Source of the DNA: Pirellulaceae bacterium
GTDB taxonomy: Bacteria > Planctomycetota > Planctomycetia > Pirellulales > Pirellulaceae
Length of the DNA: 64,000 nt
Reading direction: 5' to 3'
NCBI GenBank assembly: GCA_041741715.1
Contig: JBGSJT010000469.1
Span: 14,082 to 78,081 of the forward strand
In this document: positions 56,928 through 64,000 of the stretch, piece after piece
Layout of the letters: every line of letters begins with the position of its first letter
Position numbering within the stretch: position 1 is the first letter of the stretch
Made by a program: the position numbers and the translations under genes
Notes under the pieces: generated by a model
Seen by the model: only the letters and a program-made list of their open reading frames with translations
Database searches by the model: none
What the model was told of the DNA's origin: nothing

Positions 56928-57415
56928 TTCAGTAAGAGAGTCAATCCTATTCGGATTTGCCACACTCTCCTCCACGTCAGAAGTTGCTTCGCGATGCAAA
57001 AACCACCGACTCGGTGGCAAATGCGTCTTTGCTTTGGATCTTGCGCGTTTCGTAGTTGAGAAGGAAACCTCAATTCTTAACTAGTTGCTGCGGCCGACGG
57101 TCGTTGAGCGCTGTTCAGTTCTGCGTGCATGCTGATCGTTAGATATCCAGCCAAAAGCGCGCTGGTTGCGAATATGGCCAGCCGACCACGTCTTTGTAAT
57201 CTATGCTTCTTGAGCAATAACGCGATCTAGTGCTCGCCAACTTCACTCTCCAGGCTTAGCCGTGCCCGCGATCAAAGTCGCCAACGTTTCCGGTCGCCTG
57301 CTAGTTAGTGTTCATGCTCCATTTGGCGAAGTGAATAAACATATACGTCAAGGTGCACAGTTAAGACAGCGCACTATTTTGCAAGGGAAGCCGCTAGAGA
57401 TATTGCCGTTGAAAA

Positions 57416-58120
57416 TCAAGTATGCGGCTCATCTATGTAGGCTGGCTTGTTCGCCTCGGCCTCCAACTGGTCAAATGACTTACAGAGCTGTTCCAAAAAG
57501 CCAGCCTTGTCGCCGGTCCAGTGCATCGGCTCACCGATGAAAATATCGCAGATGAATGGAACAAGTAGCCCCTCGCCACGTGGTAGAGCTTTCCCCAGTC
57601 CATGCATAAAAATAGGGACGATTGCAATTTCTGGGTGCCGCTTCGCCAAATGCGCAATGCCAGCTTGCAGGGGTTGGCGCTTTTCTGGTTGTCCTCGCGT
57701 TCCTTCCGGAAATAACAAGACAATTTGTCCTTGGTCCAGCGCCTGAGTGAGCGGTGCCAATGGATGTGTTATATGTCCTCGAATTTCTCGATGGATGGGA
57801 ATAATCCCCAAGATACGAAGCGAAAACCACGCCCACCACTTGGTCTTCAAGAAATAGTCGGCGGCAGCCACGGGACGTACCTGGTGCAAGCGATTCATTC
57901 CGAACAAAGTGATCACTGCCATGGTGTCGAGATGACTATTGTGATTGGCCACGATGACGGCTGGCCCTTGCTGGGGCAGTCGACCGCGATTCCGAACGTT
58001 CATCCCCATTACGATTAACATAACGGGGTGCACGACAAACAAGAAAAAGAGGTAGCGAAGAGATCGGTGCGGCTGCGTTGGCATGTCGCTTGGTGCGCTT
58101 ACATTTATAGGCTTAGCCAT
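57416..58120 (-). CDS. Lysophospholipid acyltransferase (PlsC family)
   Basis: ANHNSHLD (HX4D), AAADYF, FPEGTRG. Confidence 0.92.
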   Translation of the reverse strand: MAKPINVSAPSDMPTQPHRSLRYLFFLFVVHPVMLIVMGMNVRNRGRLPQQGPAVIVANHNSHLDTMAVITLFGMNRLHQVRPVAAADYFLKTKWWAWFSLRILGIIPIHREIRGHITHPLAPLTQALDQGQIVLLFPEGTRGQPEKRQPLQAGIAHLAKRHPEIAIVPIFMHGLGKALPRGEGLLVPFICDIFIGEPMHWTGDKAGFLEQLCKSFDQLEAEANKPAYIDEPHT

Positions 58121-59102
58121 AACAAAACCGTATGAAGTGAAAGAATACTGGGGCCGTGAAAATCAAGCTGTCAATCCGATCGAGCACACCGCCATGTCCA
58201 GGCAAGGTCGCCCCAGTGTCTTTAACTCCCAGGTCGCGCTTTAAGGCTGAGATGTTCAAATCGCCGAGCAGCCCAGTTACTCCGACGATCAAGCCGGCTA
58301 TGGCAGCGCGAGGGGTATCCAACATCGTTAGGACCGGTCCCAGTAGTGTTGCTAACAGGATCGTGGTGCCCAGGCCCCCCAAGAATCCTTCCCATGTCTT
58401 ATTGGGGCTAACCTGCGGTGAGATCTTGTGTCGTCCGAAGGATTTCCCCCACATAAATTGCGCGACATCGTTACTCTGAGTTAAAACCAGCAGCAACAGT
58501 AGGAGGCCTGGACCTGGAAACAACGACGCCTGGTTAGTGGGCCACACTGGCGGGACCAGAGGTTTCTCAGCTACATTCAGCACTAACAAGTACGTGGCGT
58601 GAGACAAAAAAAAGACCGTCCCCATCAAGCCCCATTGCACCGTAGCGCTGGCTTGTAAGAAGCCCTTTGTTTCCCCAATCAAGATCATGCGAGTGGGAAG
58701 CAATAGGAATAGGTATACCGGAATGAAGATGATGAACATTCCATATTGTCCCGTGGCGATCCAGGCGTATTGAATCGGGATGGCCGCGTATGCCCAGAAC
58801 ATTACTCGTCGATCAGCCCGCCGAGACGGAATCAACGAGAAGAACTCTTTCAGAGCCAGAAAACTCACGAAGGCAAAAAACCAAATGGCAGTTTGTGGCG
58901 ACAACAATAGACTACCTGCCACTAGTCCGGCAATCACCCACCAAGTTCGTATACGAGCTCTCAATTCACTCCAATTGCGGTTTGGCTTGAGCTTGATCAA
59001 AGCGAGCGATACACCACTTGCAATTAGCAAGGCAGCGAACACGCCCAGTAAAACCACGCGAACCGCCAATGTCAAATGAACGAATTGCAGCCACTGACTC
59101 AC
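58113..59102 (-). CDS. Phosphatidate cytidylyltransferase, YnbB-like
   Basis: RIRTWW, ALKEF, NDVAQFMWGKSFG, SPNKTWEG, GDLNISALKRDLGVKD, PGHGGVLDRIDS. Confidence 0.92.
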   Translation of the reverse strand: MSQWLQFVHLTLAVRVVLLGVFAALLIASGVSLALIKLKPNRNWSELRARIRTWWVIAGLVAGSLLLSPQTAIWFFAFVSFLALKEFFSLIPSRRADRRVMFWAYAAIPIQYAWIATGQYGMFIIFIPVYLFLLLPTRMILIGETKGFLQASATVQWGLMGTVFFLSHATYLLVLNVAEKPLVPPVWPTNQASLFPGPGLLLLLLVLTQSNDVAQFMWGKSFGRHKISPQVSPNKTWEGFLGGLGTTILLATLLGPVLTMLDTPRAAIAGLIVGVTGLLGDLNISALKRDLGVKDTGATLPGHGGVLDRIDSLIFTAPVFFHFIRFCYG

Positions 59103-59806
59103 GGCGTTTTCTTTTCATGGATAATTAAATGGCTAGCGGCCGCACGCAATCTCCGGAACGCAGTAATCACGCTGCCACCAACGATGATCCACAATGATAT
59201 TTCTAACAGTCCAATCGGTCTGTCAATTACTTTCATAGCCTGCATCCAACTGCTAGGAACTACCAAACCCAACAAGGCGACCAGTGTTAACAGTGCCATG
59301 CGTTGTTGTTTTGCCATCGGGCCTAGAAATAGTTGTCCCGCCCCCACGCTGGCCCCAATCGCCCGCGTGTATGCGACCAGCAACGCGAGAACTGCGGCGG
59401 ACCAGCCGGCCACGGGCTCGCTCGAATAGGCGTAGCCAGCAGCTATCAAGAGAATCGGGTCACTCACGCGATCAGGGACTTCGTTGTAAAGTGGGCCTGT
59501 AGCTGACGCTCGCCCTCCTTCGACCGCCACCATCCCATCCAGCAGATTGGCAATCAATCGGAATTGAATTCCGATGATGGCCAACAACCAACCACTGCGC
59601 ATGGCGACTTCGTTGGTTGCCCACCCAGTGAGTAGAAATCCGCACGCTCCGAGAATCGCAAACACGACGCTCGCCATCGAAATGGCATTGGGTGGTACGC
59701 CCGCATTCGCAAGCTTAGCGGCAATCGCCTGAAAGATGCGCCAGGATCTTGTTTTCAACGGTCGCCGGTCTTCAGCCGAAGAGCTCGTCTCAGTTGTATC
59801 ACTCAT
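59099..59806 (-). CDS. CDP-alcohol phosphatidyltransferase, YnbA-like
   Basis: RRPLKTR, PNAIS, NLLDGMVA.....G..YNEVPDRVSD, GPMAKQQRM. Confidence 0.9.
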   Translation of the reverse strand: MSDTTETSSSAEDRRPLKTRSWRIFQAIAAKLANAGVPPNAISMASVVFAILGACGFLLTGWATNEVAMRSGWLLAIIGIQFRLIANLLDGMVAVEGGRASATGPLYNEVPDRVSDPILLIAAGYAYSSEPVAGWSAAVLALLVAYTRAIGASVGAGQLFLGPMAKQQRMALLTLVALLGLVVPSSWMQAMKVIDRPIGLLEISLWIIVGGSVITAFRRLRAAASHLIIHEKKTP

Positions 59807-60090
59807 ATCGACCGTCTCCGGCTGCCTGCACTGGATTTTCGAGGCTGCTGCCGTGAGTTCTAGTAGTGCTGGAGGGCCAACCCATCAAGCACATGCCACC
59901 AATCACTAACAGCCACTCGAGCATCTGGATTGGGAGAATCAGGACAATTGAAATCGGAGGGGTTGATGACATGAGAGATTCTTGTGGCTTGACCATAGAG
60001 TCATGAAGCGCAGTTCGGCTCGCCATTATACTCTTGGCATGGTCGCCTCTGTTGCACCAACTGCTTGACTCGGGGATCATCAGTGTCAGT

Positions 60091-60261
60091 TTCGGGCCCA
60101 AGAAATACACAGTCCCCACCTTGGGTTTTGGCGGCATTCGCCGTCAAAACCCAAGGTGGGGACGCGTGCTGCGCAACTGCGGCCCGAGGGCGACGTCAAC
60201 GCTCGCTCCACTCGCGTTGACTTGCCCTGGGCTAGAAAATCGGCTGAACCTTCGGCCCGAA
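60091..60261. repeat. Palindromic cassette with a 24-bp hairpin and outer inverted repeats
   Basis: gtccccaccttgggttttggcggc-attc-gccgtcaaaacccaaggtggggac (60112-60163); outer ttcgggcccaag / cttcggcccgaa; inner gtcaacgc/gcgttgac and gccctgggct. Confidence 0.75.
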
Positions 60262-60502
60262 GAGAATCTCTCTTATAAATCGCACGTTGCTGCGACAGGA
60301 GACTCAGTTCGGAACAAAACTCGCATCAACACATAATTGCTAAATTGCTATTTGTCGCACAGCCCAGGCTCGGCCTCACTGGACTTAGGCTGAATACCGA
60401 TCCCTAATACTGTGAACTCCGTAAACGGTTACAATGGCAGAATCGACCTGACTAGGGCAAATCATCGTTGTCCACGTTCGCAAAACTAATCAACCGGCAA
60501 TC

Positions 60503-61465
60503 ATGCAAATCGGAAATGTGTCCATCGCCCATTCGATCACGCTTGCTCCAATGGAGGAGCACACCAATTATCCTTTTCGCCTGCTCTGCAAACAGCTCGG
60601 GGCGAGTCTCGTTTGCGGGGAGCGCGTGGACGCAAGTGATGTCGCCAAGCGAGATCGCCGCGCGATCAAATTGTTGCACACCACTCCGACCGAGAAACCT
60701 GTCGTTGGCCAGATTAGCGGCAACGATCCACGCGTGATGTCGGAGGCAGCGAAGATCGTTGCGGAACAGGGCTTCTCGATCGTTGATCTCAATTTTGAAT
60801 GTCCGATTCGGCGGCTGGTAGGTCGCGGTGAAGGGGGTGCATTGATGTCCGACCCGCCTGCCATCGCGAGGCTTGTCGCCGCAGTTGTCAAAGCCGTTAA
60901 TATCCCTGTAACGATCAAGATTCGCACAGGCCCCGATGCGAACCGCGAGACAGCGGTCGAAGTAGCGCAGTTGGCCGAACTGGCGGGCGTCGCTGCTGTG
61001 GATGTCCATGCACGTAGCGTTGCGCAAAGTTACGTTGGCGGTCCCGATTGGTCAGTTGTGGCAAGGGTCAAACAAGCGGTCAAGATTCCTGTCCTAGGAA
61101 GTGGCGGTGTCCGCGAACCGATTGACGCCGTCCGGTTCCTCAGCGAGACCGGCGCCGATGGGGTTGCCATCGGTCGCGGTTGCCTCGGCAACCCTTGGAT
61201 TTTCAAACAGGCTCGGGCCCTTGTTCTGGGAGGAGCTACTGTCGCGCCACCCAACGTCAACGAACGCGCACGTGTGTTACTACAACTGGTCGAAGGCGAG
61301 TTCGCTTTGTACGGCAATCCGCTGGCCCTCAGACGTTTACCTCGTGTCGCATGCTACTTTGCTAAGTTCCTTCCCGACTTCGCTTCCTTCTCTAGCGAGA
61401 TCCAACGGGTCAAGAACTTTTCAAATTTTAAGCGGCTGGTCAGGTCGCACTTTGTCCATGCGTAG
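60503..61465 (+). CDS. tRNA-dihydrouridine synthase family protein (DusB-like, divergent)
   Basis: LAPM, GQISG, DLNFECP, GGALM, PVTIKIRTG, VHARS, IPVLGSGG, IGRGCLGNPWIF. Confidence 0.88.
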   Translation: MQIGNVSIAHSITLAPMEEHTNYPFRLLCKQLGASLVCGERVDASDVAKRDRRAIKLLHTTPTEKPVVGQISGNDPRVMSEAAKIVAEQGFSIVDLNFECPIRRLVGRGEGGALMSDPPAIARLVAAVVKAVNIPVTIKIRTGPDANRETAVEVAQLAELAGVAAVDVHARSVAQSYVGGPDWSVVARVKQAVKIPVLGSGGVREPIDAVRFLSETGADGVAIGRGCLGNPWIFKQARALVLGGATVAPPNVNERARVLLQLVEGEFALYGNPLALRRLPRVACYFAKFLPDFASFSSEIQRVKNFSNFKRLVRSHFVHA

Positions 61466-61709
61466 ATGTTCCCTGCCGATAGCACAGTTGCCACGCCCGT
61501 TGGCGCGCAGTGACCCGCGTGCTCTTTTGCTTGCAGTCGGACTTCCATTCCATGCGCACGGCTGAGCGGTGCGCCTTGGCGAACCTCTTTTGAGCCGTAT
61601 CGGGTACTTCAGCTGACATCTCCAACTTAGCTAAGCATCAAGCAGCCTGTTGAGTGCGACGGGTGTAATCCTAGCGGTTGTATAGTCTCCAGGTTGCAGA
61701 TGTTTTCGC

Positions 61710-62843
61710 TCACGCTTGTCGAAGCGCATAAACAATGGGCACAGTTGCAGCTTGGATTGCCGGAGCAATGCCAGCGGCGACGCCAGCGATCAATGAAACG
61801 ATCGTTCCGGAAATCGCTAGTCCAATCGATGGTCGAAAAGCGATAGTCGCTCCTTCTGCGCCAATAGCGAATCCGCCAAGGCCCAGAGCGGTGAGCGCCA
61901 ACGCGGTTCCAACCACACCACCAACAAGGCACAGGAGGGTGCTTTCGGCCAAAACCAATCTTAACGCTCGCATCGGACGAACGCCGATTGTTTGTAGTAC
62001 CGCATACTCCTTAATTCGATCTTGAACACTCATCACGGTGGTCGTGGCGACGAGTGATAACACCAACCCGACACAGGCGTAGCCGAGCCAGTGGGCAAAA
62101 CCGATCAAGTCGACCAAATCGGAAAGCGTACTCGTTTGGAACGCACCTTTGCGTCGCGTCTTAGTGGCGACGGAGCCAGTTCGCAAGGTTGCGTCAATTT
62201 CGGCGGCTACGCGATCAGGGTTGGCGTCGTCCGTCAACAAGACTTCGTGCTGTGTGACCAACCCTGCGGCATTCAGTCCGCGAGTGTATTGCAGGAACGC
62301 GAGACTCGTATAAATCAGATTCTCCTCTGATGGCACGTGCGATTCAAAGATGCCCACGACCTTCACCGAAATGTCACCAATGGAAAACTGATCGCCTGCC
62401 TTGAGGCCGCGACGCTGAGCGACGTTGCGACCAACGATCGCGGCGTCATGTTGTGATGTGAACTGCTGCCAATCGCCGCTGGTTAATCTGATGGGCCGCG
62501 TCTTTTGTATCTGCTCGGGATCGGCTCCATTGAACACGACGATATCGAGGCTCGCTCGGCAATTGTTTGTCCAGACTTGAATCGGCACTACATCGCGGAC
62601 GCCGGGAAGCTCTTTGATCTTCTGCGAATAGTCTTCTGGCAACCGGCTGGTCGTCGGGCAGAATCGATTCTCTTGGAACACAATCAGCCTGCGATCGGCG
62701 TCTGCCCCAGTAGTCAAGCGATGCAAACCCTCTTGCACTGAACCGACAAAGCAGTACACGAACATCGCCACCGCCGCGCCGGTGACAGTAAGCAGAGTTC
62801 GAGTACGATGTCGCCAGATTGTTTTGAGAACGTAGGTAGTCAT
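61710..62843 (-). CDS. ABC transporter permease (MacB/FtsX-like)
   Basis: Likely start [19 protein letters not shown] at 62843; [22 protein letters not shown]; C-terminal TM segments. Confidence 0.9.
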   Translation of the reverse strand: MTTYVLKTIWRHRTRTLLTVTGAAVAMFVYCFVGSVQEGLHRLTTGADADRRLIVFQENRFCPTTSRLPEDYSQKIKELPGVRDVVPIQVWTNNCRASLDIVVFNGADPEQIQKTRPIRLTSGDWQQFTSQHDAAIVGRNVAQRRGLKAGDQFSIGDISVKVVGIFESHVPSEENLIYTSLAFLQYTRGLNAAGLVTQHEVLLTDDANPDRVAAEIDATLRTGSVATKTRRKGAFQTSTLSDLVDLIGFAHWLGYACVGLVLSLVATTTVMSVQDRIKEYAVLQTIGVRPMRALRLVLAESTLLCLVGGVVGTALALTALGLGGFAIGAEGATIAFRPSIGLAISGTIVSLIAGVAAGIAPAIQAATVPIVYALRQA

Positions 62844-62844
62844 A

Positions 62845-62995
62845 TTGGGGAGTCTGAGAGTCTGGGGATTGGGAGACAAAGAGAGTTGAAGTCGGTCAGC
62901 TAAAATTTTTGACGATGCCAGATTCTCCTTCACTCCCAACTCTCGACCTGGTCTCTCTTGGACTCCCCTCTCTCCCTCTTCCCCTCTCCCCCGCT
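62845..62995. repeat. Purine-tract / pyrimidine-tract low-complexity insert with roughly 8-bp periodicity
   Basis: Minus strand gggagagg-ggaagagg-gagagagg-ggag ... ctcccaat-ccccagac-tctcagac-tcccc, between the ATPase core and the permease start. Confidence 0.6.
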
Positions 62996-63666
62996 CTGTC
63001 AATGAACTTGCCGCAGTCAAGCATTAACTTCCGTGAGGCTATCGCCGCCACGTCGCTGTCGTGCGTGACCATCAACATCGTAATGTCGAGTTCCTTGTTC
63101 AGACGCTGAAGCAGAACTTGGACCTGTTCGCTGGTCTCCGCGTCTAAGCTTCCGGTGGGTTCGTCGGCAACGACAACTTTAGGGTGCGCGACGATGGCTC
63201 GAGCGATCCCGACGCGCTGCTCCTGTCCCCCTGAGAGTTGTCGTGGATAGTGGTTTGCCCGATCGCTCAACCCAACTGCTTCTAAAGCCAAAGCGACACG
63301 TTGACGGCGCTGCGCCGATGACAGCTTTAAAAGCAACGTCGGAAGTTCGACGTTTTCATAAGCGGTCAACACTGGAATCAAGTTGTGAGTTTGAAAGATG
63401 TAGCCGAGGTTCCCCGCTCGCCAATCGGCCAGCTTGCTGCGCGACAAACTCGTCACTTCGGTTCCGTCGACCACGATGGTTCCCGAGTCAGCTCGATCAA
63501 TACCACTGACGAGATTGAGCAGCGTGCTCTTACCAGTTCCACTCGGACCCATCAGCGAAACGAATTCGCCAGATTCGATATCCAGATCGATGTTGTCCAA
63601 GGGAGTGATGGTTTCATCCCCTTTGCGAAAGCTTTTTGAAACGCCGCGTAGTTCAACTAATGCCAT
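62896..63666 (-). CDS. ABC transporter ATP-binding protein
   Basis: [32 protein letters not shown]; C-terminal tail read through the low-complexity insert. Confidence 0.93.
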   Translation of the reverse strand: MALVELRGVSKSFRKGDETITPLDNIDLDIESGEFVSLMGPSGTGKSTLLNLVSGIDRADSGTIVVDGTEVTSLSRSKLADWRAGNLGYIFQTHNLIPVLTAYENVELPTLLLKLSSAQRRQRVALALEAVGLSDRANHYPRQLSGGQEQRVGIARAIVAHPKVVVADEPTGSLDAETSEQVQVLLQRLNKELDITMLMVTHDSDVAAIASRKLMLDCGKFIDRAGERGRGREGSPRETRSRVGSEGESGIVKNFS

Positions 63667-64000
63667 TCAATTCATCCCTATCGTTTGATCGTCGCCGGTA
63701 ACTATGACGTGGCTACCTTGTTTCAGTCTTTCCGAACCGCTGGCAATGAGTTTGTCCGTCACACTTAATCCCGCTTCGATTTCCACCAGCCCGCCAGCAG
63801 TTGGGCTTCCCACCTCAACAGATCGCTGTTGTGCCAACTCGTCTGAATCGACAACCCAGACGAACGTTCCGGAATCGCCCGCAACGACAAGCTGAGTCGG
63901 CACAAACATGCGTTCCGATTCGATCGCCTCGCAATCTGACTGCTCCACTACCGGAGCCAAAAAGGTTGCGGTGACGAGCATTTCGGGAGTGACGTTAGGC
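63667..64000 (-). CDS. Efflux periplasmic adaptor (MFP/HlyD-like), C-terminal part; 5' end outside the window
   Basis: PEMLVTATF, FVP, VWVV, VEIEAGLSVTDKLI; directly upstream of the ABC ATPase. Confidence 0.8.
   Translation of the reverse strand, partial: PNVTPEMLVTATFLAPVVEQSDCEAIESERMFVPTQLVVAGDSGTFVWVVDSDELAQQRSVEVGSPTAGGLVEIEAGLSVTDKLIASGSERLKQGSHVIVTGDDQTIGMN

Noticed and set aside
55847-57073. Extended starts in the ORF track (57073; likewise 14330, 14634, 63020, 6635)
   Set aside because: The extensions run through promoters or repeats; downstream ATGs with RBS or family-typical N-termini fit better.
61628-61650. taagcatcaagcag as a seventh family B end
   Set aside because: Only about 10 matching bases, with no GGGAAATAA or internal arms.

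Overview
This window looks like chromosomal DNA of a planctomycete, probably Pirellulaceae. That is inferred from the DUF1549/DUF1553 plus DUF1501 pair, a DUF1559 prepilin, a TIGR02984-type ECF sigma and ECF-type Ser/Thr kinases. It opens inside class II ribonucleotide reductase nrdJ (missed by the ORF track), which has tandem NrdR boxes upstream. Housekeeping and secreted-protein genes follow (msrAB, floA, Sfp-type PPTase, FAD oxidoreductase, sulfatase, cutC, YeiH exporter). The most interesting block (27.0-43.1 kb) is a divergent cluster around a PuuR-type regulator. It contains gabT, a C-N hydrolase, a large Orn/Lys/Arg decarboxylase, an ATP-grasp ligase and a C45 Ntn-hydrolase on one side, and putP, gabD, a YhcX-type GNAT-nitrilase and an SLC12-like transporter on the other. 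It has no PuuA/PuuD, which suggests an uncharacterised ligate/hydrolyse route for amines. Downstream lie a deletion-collapsed ApbE-CotH-VTC-DUF4956 operon, an ECF42 sigma whose promoter survives while its DGPF target is a remnant, a sigma54-driven DUF1559 operon, a ynbAB/plsC-like lipid operon, a divergent Dus and an ABC exporter. Intergenic spaces hold many palindromic repeat families, including two TIR/TSD-bounded MITEs that carry REP-type hairpins. No rRNA, tRNA, CRISPR array or intact transposase was recognised. All annotations come from reading motifs by eye; no database search was run.
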